From: an uncultured delta proteobacterium
Lineage (GTDB): Bacteria; Myxococcota; Myxococcia; Myxococcales; Anaeromyxobacteraceae
Direction: 5' to 3'
DNA length: 64,000 nt
Assembly: GCA_963828255.1 (NCBI GenBank)
Contig: CAWHDZ010000034.1
Location: 1 to 64,000, forward strand
Shown: piece after piece, positions 9,503 to 18,786 of the stretch
How the letters are laid out: each line of letters starts with the position of its first letter
How positions within the stretch are numbered: position 1 is the stretch's first letter
The notes under the pieces: generated by a model
Database searches by the model: none
The model's input: only the letters and a program-made list of their open reading frames with translations
What the model was told of the DNA's origin: nothing
Program-made: the position numbers and the translations under genes

Positions 9503-11302
9503 TCAAGAAAAGTCGACCTGGTAGTGATAGGCGGCCTTCTCCTGCCAGGACTTGATGGCCCGGAAGGAGTCCTTGAGGCGGCTGCGCTCGATGCCGGTCA
9601 GGTCCCCAAGTGCCACCTTGTTCGTGGGGGGCTCCCCGGCCTGGATGGCCCGCAGCTGCACCCGGAGCCGCAGCCCGAGGAGGAACCGGTAGGCCTCGGT
9701 GACGGAGCTCCACACCTCCGGGCCCATGAGGCCGGCACGGTGAGCGGCCTCGAGCCGGTCGAGGGTGCTCCGGCCTGCTCCCCCCACCTCCAGGCCGTAG
9801 CAGCGCCCCAGGAAGACCACGGGGGAGATCCCCTGCCACTTGAGATCCACGGTCGAGGATTCGGACCGGAGCCGGAGCACGAGCGACCCGGGGGGGCTGA
9901 ACTCAAGCGCCTGCCTGGCCAGGAACCGCAGGAGGAGCGGGCTGCGTGGGGAGCGGGCCACGATGGCCGAGAGCTCCGCGAGGTCGAGCTCGCCGGCCAC
10001 GCGCCGGAAGTCGAAGTAGAGCGCCGCGTCGTGCGGCCGGGGCCCGTCGATGCAGTCCTCGAACTTCCGGACCCACCCGGACAGGACGCCGTGGGAGCGG
10101 TTGGCCATGTGCCCGCCCGGGCAGGGAGGGAAGCCCGCCGTCCCGAGGTCGGCCACCGCCAGGTCGGTGAAGGCCTGGAACCAGGCCGTGTGGGCGGCGC
10201 CCCCGTCCGCGTAGATGAGCCCGTGATCCTGGTCGGTGAGGAGGGTCTGCTCCATTCTTCCCTCCGAGCCGAAGACCACCCAGGCGTAGGGAACGGGCGC
10301 CGGCCCCAGGTCGGCGTGGGCCCAGTGGAGGATCCTCCGGAGCAGCGTGTCGTTCAGCCGCGCCACGAAGCCGGCGATCACGCTCGCATCCAGGCCGCCG
10401 GAGAGCAGCGCCGCCACCATCTCGGTCACCTTCCCCGAGTACCCGGCCAGCTGCTCGCGGCCGGACAGCCGCTCGACCCGGCGGAGCACCGCCACGGGAC
10501 CCTGGGCGGTGTGCTTGAGCAGGTCGGAGGAGGTGATGACCCCCACGATCGACCCCTCCCGCGTGATGGGGAGGTGGTGCGCCCCGGTGTCGAGCAGCAG
10601 GGTCCAGGCCTGGTAGACCGGCGTGCTCGCCTCGACGGTCCGCAGCGGCCGGGAGTAGACGTCCACGACCGGCGTATCCGGCCCCCGTCCCTGCGCCAGC
10701 ACGCGGTTGCGCAGGTCGCGATCGGTGAGGATGCCCGGAGGATCGTCCCGGACCAGCACCGAGGAGATGGCCTCCCGGCTCATGGTCCGGGCCGCGTCGC
10801 CGACGGTGGACGAGGCGTCCACCCAGGCGGGCTCGCGGCGAACCAGGTGGCCCACCTCGGCGGAGAGGTTCACCTGGAAGGTGGCGACCGGAGAGTGCTC
10901 CAGGCTGGCCCGGAGCCGCTCGGAGAGCCCGACCGCGAAGTGGCTGGCGAAGCGCGCGTCGGCCAGGAGGCGCTGGAACTCGGCGTCGGGGAGGCGGTAG
11001 GCGAGGAGGTCCTGCTCCACGGCCACGTCGAGGGTGGCCTTGCGGGTGATGAGGGAGGTGTAGCCGAACGTCTCCCCCTCCTCGAGGACCTGGAGGACCT
11101 GTCCTTCCCGCTCCAGCCGGACCGAGCCCTTCCGGATCACGTAGAGGTGGCCGAGCGGCTTTCCGCCGGCCCGCACCAGCCAGGTACCGGCCGGGTTGTA
11201 GCTCACCTCCAGCGACCGGGCGGCGGTGGCGAACAGGTCCTCGGGAAGCTCGTCGAAGGGCGGGGTGGCGCGGACGTAGGCGACGGGGTCGATTCCTGCC
11301 AT
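9503..11302 (-). CDS. cNMP-binding + CBS pair + DUF294 nucleotidyltransferase + DUF294_C protein, copy B
   Basis: Same architecture as copy A; GSEGRMEQTLLTDQDH, GFPPCPGGHMA, YFDFR. Start at MAGIDP, 6 nt after TATCCT. Confidence 0.9.
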   Translation of the reverse strand: MAGIDPVAYVRATPPFDELPEDLFATAARSLEVSYNPAGTWLVRAGGKPLGHLYVIRKGSVRLEREGQVLQVLEEGETFGYTSLITRKATLDVAVEQDLLAYRLPDAEFQRLLADARFASHFAVGLSERLRASLEHSPVATFQVNLSAEVGHLVRREPAWVDASSTVGDAARTMSREAISSVLVRDDPPGILTDRDLRNRVLAQGRGPDTPVVDVYSRPLRTVEASTPVYQAWTLLLDTGAHHLPITREGSIVGVITSSDLLKHTAQGPVAVLRRVERLSGREQLAGYSGKVTEMVAALLSGGLDASVIAGFVARLNDTLLRRILHWAHADLGPAPVPYAWVVFGSEGRMEQTLLTDQDHGLIYADGGAAHTAWFQAFTDLAVADLGTAGFPPCPGGHMANRSHGVLSGWVRKFEDCIDGPRPHDAALYFDFRRVAGELDLAELSAIVARSPRSPLLLRFLARQALEFSPPGSLVLRLRSESSTVDLKWQGISPVVFLGRCYGLEVGGAGRSTLDRLEAAHRAGLMGPEVWSSVTEAYRFLLGLRLRVQLRAIQAGEPPTNKVALGDLTGIERSRLKDSFRAIKSWQEKAAYHYQVDFS

Positions 11303-11327
11303 CCCCGGAGGATAGCACCCGGCAACG

Positions 11328-11359
11328 CAAAGAGCGGCCGCCCCGGAGGGCAGCCGCTC
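11328..11359 (-). terminator. Probable intrinsic terminator after the SSS symporter gene
   Basis: Minus strand gagcggctgccc-tccg-gggcggccgctc followed by TTT. Confidence 0.55.
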
Positions 11360-11388
11360 GTGGTCACTGCAGGGATCCTGCCCGAGGC

Positions 11389-13122
11389 CTAGGCCTTGGC
11401 GTGGTCCGACTCCTTCGGGTAACGGAGGGTGGCGACCATGTCCTGGATCTCCTTCGGCGGAGGCTTCGTGAACATGGTCACGATGCCCATGACCGCGAAG
11501 TTCAGCATCATTCCGAGCATGCCGATGCCCTCGGGGGAGATGCCGAACCACCAGTTCTTCAGGACGTTCATCTCGGGGTGGACGAACTTGAAGTAGATGA
11601 TGTACCACGCGGTGAAGACGATGCCGGAGAGCATGCCGGCGATGGCCGCCTCCTTCGTGGCCCGCTTCCAGAAGACGCCGAGGATGATGATGGGGAAGAA
11701 GGACGACGCCGCGAGGCCGAAGGCGAAGGCCACCACCTGGGCCACGAAGCCTGGGGGGTTGATGCCGAAGTAGCCGGCGATCACCACCGCGCCGCCGGCC
11801 GCTGCTCGCGCCCAGAGGAGCTCCTTCTTCTCGCTCATGTCAGGCGTGAGCACGCCCTTCATGAGGTCGTGTGACACGGCGGACGCGATGACGAGCAGCA
11901 GTCCGGCCGCGGTCGAGAGCGCGGCCGCCAGGCCGCCAGCCGCCACGAGCGCCACCACCCAGGCCGGCAGCTTGGCGATCTGCGGGTTGGCGAGCACCAT
12001 GATGTCGCGGTCGACGTTGACCTCGTTCTTCGACTTCGGGTCGGTCCAGGCGCCCGGCGCGTACTGCATGATGCCGTCGCCGTTCTTGTCCTTCCAGCCC
12101 ACGAGCTTGGTCTTCTCCCAGTCCTTGAACCACACCGGGGCGTCGGCGTAGGCCTTGTTGTTGATGGTCTGGATGAAGTTCGTCTTCGCGAAGACCGAGA
12201 CGGCGGGGGCGGTGGTGTAGAGGATGGTGATGAAGACCAGCGCCCATCCGGCCGAGGCGCGGGCGTCGCGGATCTTCGGCACCGTGAAGAACCGGATGAT
12301 GATGTGGGGCAGGCCAGCGGTGCCGACCATCATGGTGAAGGTGATGGCGAAGACGTCCCACATGTAGCCGGGGCGCCCGGCGGTGTACTTGGGGAAACCC
12401 AGGTCGACCTGCACCTTGTCGAGCACGTCGAGCAGGTGCATCCCGGGCTGGGCACCCAGCAGGGCCGCCCCGCTCTCGCTCAGGGTCGACCCGTACCCGA
12501 ACTGGGGAATGGGCATGCCCGTGAGCATGAAGGCGATGAAGAAGGCCGGCACCATGTAGGCGACGATGAGCACGCAGTACTGGGCCACCTGCGTGTAGGT
12601 GATGCCCTTCATGCCGCCCAGCGTGGCGTAGAAGAACACGATGGCCATGCCGATGTAGACGCCCTGGTTGATGGACGTCTCGAGGAAGCGCGAGAACACG
12701 ATGCCGACGCCGCGCATCTGGCCGGCCACGTAGGTGAACGACACGAAGATCGCGCAGACGAGCGCGATGATGCGGGCCGTGTCGGAGTAGTACCGATCGC
12801 CCACGAACTGGGGAACGGTGAACTTTCCGTACTTGCGGAGGTAGGGGGCGAGGAGCACGGCGAGCAGCGTGTAGCCGCCCGTCCAGCCCATCAGGTACTG
12901 GGAGCCGTCTCGACCCATGAAGGCGATGAGGCCGGCCATCGAGATGAAGGAGGCCGCCGACATCCAGTCGGCGCCGGTGGCCATGCCGTTCAGGATGGGG
13001 TGGACCTGCTTCTCGGCGACGTAGAAGTCACCGGTCGACTTGGCCTTGGCCCACCAGGCAATTCCCAGGTAGAGGGCGAACGACGCCCCGACGATGATCC
13101 ACGTCCAGGTGAGGATTGACAT
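11389..13122 (-). CDS. Sodium:solute symporter (SLC5, VC_2705-like subfamily)
   Basis: NGMATGADWMSAASFISMAG, GWTGGY, YVAGQMRGVG, GGMKGITYTQVAQY, GTAGLPH, AALSTAAGLLL, GISPEGIG; preceded by a DUF4212 gene. Confidence 0.9.
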   Translation of the reverse strand: MSILTWTWIIVGASFALYLGIAWWAKAKSTGDFYVAEKQVHPILNGMATGADWMSAASFISMAGLIAFMGRDGSQYLMGWTGGYTLLAVLLAPYLRKYGKFTVPQFVGDRYYSDTARIIALVCAIFVSFTYVAGQMRGVGIVFSRFLETSINQGVYIGMAIVFFYATLGGMKGITYTQVAQYCVLIVAYMVPAFFIAFMLTGMPIPQFGYGSTLSESGAALLGAQPGMHLLDVLDKVQVDLGFPKYTAGRPGYMWDVFAITFTMMVGTAGLPHIIIRFFTVPKIRDARASAGWALVFITILYTTAPAVSVFAKTNFIQTINNKAYADAPVWFKDWEKTKLVGWKDKNGDGIMQYAPGAWTDPKSKNEVNVDRDIMVLANPQIAKLPAWVVALVAAGGLAAALSTAAGLLLVIASAVSHDLMKGVLTPDMSEKKELLWARAAAGGAVVIAGYFGINPPGFVAQVVAFAFGLAASSFFPIIILGVFWKRATKEAAIAGMLSGIVFTAWYIIYFKFVHPEMNVLKNWWFGISPEGIGMLGMMLNFAVMGIVTMFTKPPPKEIQDMVATLRYPKESDHAKA

Positions 13123-13158
13123 TTAGAGAGGTCTCCTTGGGCGGTGCCGGGTGTGAGG

Positions 13159-13416
13159 TCAGTCCTCAAAGACGCCGAACTTCTTGTCGAGCCGGTTCAT
13201 CAGCCAGACGTACCAGAAGATCAGCACCACGAAGACGACCAGCGAGCCCTGATTCGCGAACCAGAAGCCCAGGGGGAAGCCGCCGAGGTGAAACTGGTCC
13301 AGCGCGTCGGCGAAGATGATCCCGGCCAGGTAGGAGACGGAGAACCAGATGGCGAGAATCCAGATGATGTAGCGAAGATTGACTTTCCAGTAGGCGACTT
13401 GCTGTTCGTGTGTCAT
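13159..13416 (-). CDS. DUF4212 small subunit of the solute:sodium symporter
   Basis: YWKVNLR, LGGFPLGFWFANQGS, MNRLDKKFGV; GGAGAGG RBS before MTHEQQ. Confidence 0.88.
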   Translation of the reverse strand: MTHEQQVAYWKVNLRYIIWILAIWFSVSYLAGIIFADALDQFHLGGFPLGFWFANQGSLVVFVVLIFWYVWLMNRLDKKFGVFED

Positions 13417-13701
13417 CGACCTCTCCCGACTTCGGGTCTCAAATGGCACTGAAAAAGGGAAGGAATCCGACTGTGCGTTCTGCGATTACCTACGCGCGAG
13501 TTCGGGGAGATTAGCCGAACCGATCGCGTAACGGAAGGGGCGCGCAAGCGGTGCGCGAAATAAGTTCGGGCCGGAAGCTGTTGTGAAAACTGGTTCCCAA
13601 GTCCATGATGCGCCAGTTCATCAGGAGATACGCAGGGGTTGCGCAGCGACGCATTGCGGCAATTAGTTGACCAACGGTGAACGGCAAACGGAGGGACCCA
13701 C

Positions 13702-14133
13702 GTGACGAGAGAGGCCCATACCACCCGCTCCCTCGCCCTTTCGGCGGGGATCCCGGCGCTCGTCATGCTCGCCGCCTGGATGCTGTGGACCGTGATCCGC
13801 CCCATGCCGGACGGCTTCGGGAGCACGGTCGAGGCCACCGCCCAGCCCGCCGCGGATCGGGTGTACGAGATCAAGCTCGTCGCCGATCAGGGCGGGTACA
13901 AGCCCAACGTGATCTACACCGAGGTCGGGCAGCCGCTTCGACTGCGGGTGACACGCAAGGATCCCTCGCCCTGCTTCGATCAACTCCGGGTGGACGGGCT
14001 CGGGATCGCCGTTCCCCTGCCGGTCGGCCAGGAGACGGTGGTGACGTTCCCGCCCACGCCCCGCGGGGAGTTCCCGATCACCTGCGCCCCGGCCGGCTCC
14101 ACGCAGGTGAGGGGCGCGCTGCGCATCCACTGA
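13702..14133 (+). CDS. Membrane-anchored cupredoxin-like domain protein (CupA-like)
   Basis: N-terminal TM; GYKPNVI, GQPLRLRVTR, SPC, LPVGQETVVTFPPTPRGEFPITC; GGAGGG RBS. Confidence 0.75.
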   Translation: MTREAHTTRSLALSAGIPALVMLAAWMLWTVIRPMPDGFGSTVEATAQPAADRVYEIKLVADQGGYKPNVIYTEVGQPLRLRVTRKDPSPCFDQLRVDGLGIAVPLPVGQETVVTFPPTPRGEFPITCAPAGSTQVRGALRIH

Positions 14134-14199
14134 ACGGCGGTTGACACCCCTGCCGCCTGTGGCGACGATGTCCCCGCTCGTTGCGCCAGGGAGGCACGC

Positions 14200-15045
14200 A
14201 TGAGGTGGATCGTAGGACTCGACGTGGGCCCGGAAGCACACGCTGCGGTGGAGTTCCTGCGCGGGGTCCAGGCCGCCGGACCCGACGCGGGAGAGTCCGT
14301 CGTCACCGCGCACGTGCTCGTCGAGGAGCACATGCGCGTGGCGCTGCGGCTCCACCACCTCGACGAGGTGGTCGCCGAGGCCCGCCAGGCCGGGGAGGCC
14401 GCGCTCCGGGCGCAGCAGTTCGAGGCGCCCCTGGAGGTCGTGCAGGCCGTCGACGCAGCCGACGGGATGGCCGAGATGGCCCGCCGGCTCTCCGCCGATG
14501 CGGTGGTCGTGGCGCGCCACGCCGGGCGGGATGGGCACGGGCTCGTCCGACTCGGCCGGGTCGCCCGCCAGCTGCTGCACCTGCTCCCCGCGGCGGTGGT
14601 GGTCGTCCCCCACGACCTGCGCGCCACCGACCTGGGCACCGGCCCGGTGGTGGTCCTCACCAGCCTGGGCGAGCACGCGGTCGACGCGGTCCGGTTCGCC
14701 CGGCGCGTCGCCACGCGCCTCGGTCGCGGGCTCGTAGTGGCCCATGCAATCCCGTTCGCAGTGGATGCCGAGCACGCGACGCACCTCACGAACGCCCGCG
14801 AGGACCTCCTGAAATGGGTCTCCGCCCACGGCATCGACGCGGACGACACGCGGGTCGTGGAGGGGTCGGCATTCTCCCGTTCCGTCGAGCTGGCCCGGGA
14901 GCTCCGCGCGCCGCTGCTCGTCACCGGGGCCATCCGGGAGGACGGGGAGCTCTCCCGGTTCACGTCCCAGCTCGGGGACGAGCTCGCCGCCTCGGCGCCC
15001 GTGCCGGTGGCCGTCGTGCCTCCCGGCGAGGCCGACGCGGACTAG
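14200..15045 (+). CDS. Tandem USP domain protein, copy 2
   Basis: Paralogue of 1454..2254 (MRWIVGLDVG, LRLHHLDEV, ELAASAPVPVAVVP); GGGAGG RBS. Confidence 0.8.
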   Translation: MRWIVGLDVGPEAHAAVEFLRGVQAAGPDAGESVVTAHVLVEEHMRVALRLHHLDEVVAEARQAGEAALRAQQFEAPLEVVQAVDAADGMAEMARRLSADAVVVARHAGRDGHGLVRLGRVARQLLHLLPAAVVVVPHDLRATDLGTGPVVVLTSLGEHAVDAVRFARRVATRLGRGLVVAHAIPFAVDAEHATHLTNAREDLLKWVSAHGIDADDTRVVEGSAFSRSVELARELRAPLLVTGAIREDGELSRFTSQLGDELAASAPVPVAVVPPGEADAD

Positions 15046-15058
15046 ATCTCCCGGGCCA

Positions 15059-15517
15059 CTACCGGCGCTTCTTCGGGCCTTCGTCCCTGGGCGTCACCGC
15101 CTGCCGCAGCTTGGCCCAGCGGACCTCGGAGGGAAACTGTCCGAGAAGCGCGAGCAGGCCGATGCCGGACGCGAAGATCAGGATCTCCGCGTGCGTGGCC
15201 TGGTAGGCCGCGATCGCGAAGAGGGCCGCACCGAAGCACAGCGCCATGGCGATCACCGAGCGGGTCCAGGCGAGCCGGCCAGGGGGCCAGGCTTCGGGCG
15301 CCTTGGCCGCGCGCCGGGCGATGGAGGCGGGAACGAGGACCGACGCGGCCAGCTCGACCACCATGGTGAGCGCCACCAGCGGGACGAGCAGCCCCACCAT
15401 CCCCGGATCGGTCGGCTTCGGGGAGGAGAGCACGGTGGCCAGGAGCAGAAACGAGAAGGCGGACAGCGCAGCCCAGAGGAGGAGCGCCTGGCGGCGCTCT
15501 GGAAACCGGCGTTCCAT
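15059..15517 (-). CDS. Hypothetical membrane protein, about 4 TM helices
   Basis: Four hydrophobic segments; ATG (MERRFP) 10 nt after the antiporter stop. Confidence 0.6.
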   Translation of the reverse strand: MERRFPERRQALLLWAALSAFSFLLLATVLSSPKPTDPGMVGLLVPLVALTMVVELAASVLVPASIARRAAKAPEAWPPGRLAWTRSVIAMALCFGAALFAIAAYQATHAEILIFASGIGLLALLGQFPSEVRWAKLRQAVTPRDEGPKKRR

Positions 15518-15527
15518 GCGATGGGCC

Positions 15528-16850
15528 TCAGCGGAGGAAGACGAAGGATACCGCGACGAAGATGGGGATGAGGATCGCGCCACTGTAGGCCATGTAGCCG
15601 AAGAATCCGGGCATGCGCACGCCCCCCTGCTCGGCGATGGCCTTGACCATGAAGTTGGGGCCGTTGCCGATGTAGGTGTTGGCGCCCATGAACACGGCGC
15701 CGAGCGAGACGGCGGCGAGGAAGGAGGCCCCCCTCTCGGTGGCGATGAGCTGGGCCAGGTTGGACGCGTCGGTGCCCATGAGCGCGCTCGCGGTCGAGGC
15801 GAAGGTGAGGTAGGTGGGGGCGTTGTCGAGGAACGAGGAGAGCAGCCCGCTCGCCCAGAAGAACTCCCAGGGCTTCGTCAGGCCCAGCTCGCCGCCCCGG
15901 GCGTTCAGGATGATGAGCGCCGGGAGCATGGTCGCGAAGATGCCGGCGAAGAGGACGGCCACCTCCACGATGGGGCTCCAGCTGAACTCGTTCTCCTTCC
16001 GCAGGGGGCGCGAGGTCGTGACCCAGGACAGGACGGCCATGAGGACCATGCCGGCCTCCTGGACGCCGGTCGGCAGCTTCATCGACCCTCCGGCCAGGAG
16101 CACGCCCACCACGCCGAGGAGGTAGATGAAGTTCACCTTCCCGGCGATCTCGAAGGGCACCTTGTGGGCCACCGCGACCTCGTCGAGGTCACCCGGGGTG
16201 GCCAGGTCCTCCCTGCGGAAGAGGGTCGAGTCCATGACGTAGAAGGTCACGAGCAGGAGCGCGTTCACGAAGAGCCACTGCGGGAAGAGCTGCATCGTCC
16301 AAAGGAACGGGACTCCCCGCAGGAAGCCCAGGAAGAGCGGCGGGTCGCCCAGCGGGGTGAGGAGGCCGCCGGCGTTGCTCACGATGAAGATGAAGAAGAC
16401 CACCACGTGGGCCTTCCCCTTCCGGATCGAGTTGGCGCGGAGCACCGGCCGGATGAGGAGCATGGAGGCACCGGTGGTCCCGACGAAGGAGGCGATCGCC
16501 GCCCCGATGGCCAGCAGGACCGTGTTCACCCCGGGCGTCCCCGCCAGCGTGCCCCGGATCACGATGCCGCCTGCGATGACGAAGAGCGCACCCAGCAGGA
16601 TGATGAAGGCGACGTACTCGTGGACCAGGTGGCCGAGGATGGTGAGGTCGCGGACGCCCATCCAGACCGCGACCGGCAGCCCGAGGACGAGGCTCAGGAT
16701 GGCCTTGTTCCGGTTGTGCTCCCACATGTGGCCCGCCACGAGCGGCAGGACGGCGATGCAGAGCAGCATGACGGCGAACGGGGCGACGCTCCAGAGCGGA
16801 AGGGGCGAGCCGCCGGGGGCCGCAGCCGCGAGGACAGGCAGAAGATTCAT
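15528..16850 (-). CDS. IT-superfamily antiporter/permease, copy 2
   Basis: Close paralogue of 133..1461 with long identical stretches (GGLLTPLGDPPLFLGFLRGVPFLWT; FWASGLLSSFLDNAPTYLTFASTASAL). Confidence 0.85.
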   Translation of the reverse strand: MNLLPVLAAAAPGGSPLPLWSVAPFAVMLLCIAVLPLVAGHMWEHNRNKAILSLVLGLPVAVWMGVRDLTILGHLVHEYVAFIILLGALFVIAGGIVIRGTLAGTPGVNTVLLAIGAAIASFVGTTGASMLLIRPVLRANSIRKGKAHVVVFFIFIVSNAGGLLTPLGDPPLFLGFLRGVPFLWTMQLFPQWLFVNALLLVTFYVMDSTLFRREDLATPGDLDEVAVAHKVPFEIAGKVNFIYLLGVVGVLLAGGSMKLPTGVQEAGMVLMAVLSWVTTSRPLRKENEFSWSPIVEVAVLFAGIFATMLPALIILNARGGELGLTKPWEFFWASGLLSSFLDNAPTYLTFASTASALMGTDASNLAQLIATERGASFLAAVSLGAVFMGANTYIGNGPNFMVKAIAEQGGVRMPGFFGYMAYSGAILIPIFVAVSFVFLR

Positions 16851-16923
16851 GGCGCGTCACCCTAATGGGTTCGGAGCGGATCGGTCAAACCTCGGGGAGG
16901 GAACGCCCGGGGCGAACGACCCG

Positions 16924-18594
16924 CTAGCCGTCGTGCGAGATCGACGCTTTCGGGTCGGTGTCCTTGAGGAAGAGCACTCCGACGACGAGCGACATGACCG
17001 CGATGAGGACCGGGTACCAGAGGCCGGAGTAGATGTCCCCGGTGGCGGTGACGATGGCGAAGGCGATCGTGGGCACGAAGCCGCCGAACCAGCCGTTTCC
17101 GATGTGGTACGGCAGCGACATCGACGTGTAGCGGATGCGCGCCGGGAACATCTCCACAAGGTAGGCGCCGATGGGCGCGTACACCATGGTCACGAGGAGG
17201 ACCAGGAGGACGAGCAGGAAGACCAGCATCGGCTGGTTCACGCGCGCAAGGTCCGCCCGGACCGGATAGGTCCTCGTGGCCGCCGACATCTTGGCGGAGA
17301 AGGCGGCGGACTGGGCCCTGAAGTCGGCCTCCGGGAGGTGGGCTCCCTCGAAGGAGTCGATCCGCGCCGAGCCCACGGTCAGGTAGGCGACCGATCCGGC
17401 CGAGAGCATCTCGTTCGCGTACGGGATGCCCTTCCTCGACAGGAAGCTCTTGGCCACGTCGCAGGACTGCCGGAAGCTGGCCTTGCCGACCGGGTCGAAC
17501 TGGAAGGCGCAACTGAACGGATCGGCGTGGACCTTCACCGGGAACTGCTCGGTGGCCTCGAGGAGCGCGGGGTTCGCCGCCCTGGTGATTCCGTGGAAGA
17601 TGGGGAAGTAGCTCACGGCGGCGATCAGGAGGCCGGCCATGATGATCCACTTGCGCCCCAGCTTGTCGGACAGCGCTCCGAAGACGACGAAGAACGGCGT
17701 GCCGATGAGAAGGGCGATCGCGACGACCCGGTTGCCGAACTCCGGGTCGACCTTGAGGATGTCGACGATGAAGAAGAGCTCGTAGAACATGCCCGTGTAC
17801 CAGACCGCGCCCTGGCCGGCGACCGCCCCGAACAGCGCGAGGAGGACGACCTTGAGGTTGCGCCAATCGAGGAACGACTCGGTGAGCGGTTCATCGGATT
17901 CCTGTCCCGCCTCCTTCATCCGCCTGAACACCGGGGACTCCTGGAGCTGGAGCCGGATCCAGACGGAGATGCCGAGGAGCGCGATGGAGAGGATGAAGGG
18001 GATGCGCCAGCCCCAGGCCTCGAAGGCCTCCGACCCGAGGAGGGCCCGACAGCCCAGGATCACGAGCAGCGAGAGGAAGAGGCCGATGGTGGCCGTGGTC
18101 TGGATGAACGAGGTGAAGTAGCCCCGGCGGCCGTCCGGCGAGTGCTCGGCCACGTAGATGGCCGCGCCCCCGTACTCCCCTCCGAGCGCCAGCCCCTGGA
18201 TGAGGCGCAGCGCGATGAGGATGACGGGGGCCGCGATCCCGATCTGCTCGTACGTGGGGAGGATGCCCACGATGAAGGTCGCGGCGCCCATGATCAGGAT
18301 GGTGATGAGGAAGGTGAACTTGCGGCCGATCACGTCGCCGAGGCGGCCGAAGACGACGGCTCCGAAAGGCCGGGCGAAGAAGCCTGCTGCGAAGGCGAGG
18401 AGGGCGAAGATGAACGACGTCGCCTCGTTCACGGCCACGAAGAAGTGCCGGGCGATGATCGCGGCCAGCGAGCCGTAGAGGTAGAAGTCGTACCACTCGA
18501 AGACCGTGCCGAGCGACGACGCGAAGACGACCCGTCTCTCGTCCTGGGTCATCCCCGCGCCGGATGGGGGGGCGGTGATCGGGGATGCGGCCAT
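16924..18594 (-). CDS. MFS transporter, metabolite:H+ symporter (MHS) family
   Basis: ASSLGTVFEWYDFYLYG, RPFGAVVFGRLGDVIGRK, QGLALGGEYGGA, WGWRIPF, RYTSMSLPYHIGNGWFGG. Confidence 0.9.
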   Translation of the reverse strand: MAASPITAPPSGAGMTQDERRVVFASSLGTVFEWYDFYLYGSLAAIIARHFFVAVNEATSFIFALLAFAAGFFARPFGAVVFGRLGDVIGRKFTFLITILIMGAATFIVGILPTYEQIGIAAPVILIALRLIQGLALGGEYGGAAIYVAEHSPDGRRGYFTSFIQTTATIGLFLSLLVILGCRALLGSEAFEAWGWRIPFILSIALLGISVWIRLQLQESPVFRRMKEAGQESDEPLTESFLDWRNLKVVLLALFGAVAGQGAVWYTGMFYELFFIVDILKVDPEFGNRVVAIALLIGTPFFVVFGALSDKLGRKWIIMAGLLIAAVSYFPIFHGITRAANPALLEATEQFPVKVHADPFSCAFQFDPVGKASFRQSCDVAKSFLSRKGIPYANEMLSAGSVAYLTVGSARIDSFEGAHLPEADFRAQSAAFSAKMSAATRTYPVRADLARVNQPMLVFLLVLLVLLVTMVYAPIGAYLVEMFPARIRYTSMSLPYHIGNGWFGGFVPTIAFAIVTATGDIYSGLWYPVLIAVMSLVVGVLFLKDTDPKASISHDG

Positions 18595-18786
18595 GTGGTT
18601 CGTCCTCCGCCGACTGACGGGAGTGGGGAGCGCGAACGGTACTTCATCCCGGTCCGATCGGGAAAATGTCGTGCCTGCGTCGGCGCATGGGAGGGGATGA
18701 CGCGTCGCGGCGCCGCGGGGCAGGGACCCGTCCGGGCCTGACCGGTTTCCCTGGGTGGCGTCCGGGCCGTGGCCTACCCTGGAGAC

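Noticed and set aside
7064..11302. Nucleotidyltransferases plus nuclease as a CBASS-like or toxin-antitoxin defence system
   Set aside because: The architecture is cNMP-CBS-DUF294 (GlnD/GlnE-like), not CD-NTase or MNT-HEPN; there are no effector genes and the context is solute transport.
13444..13459. TGGCAC in the DUF4212/cupredoxin intergenic region as a sigma54 promoter
   Set aside because: The -12 GC is missing.
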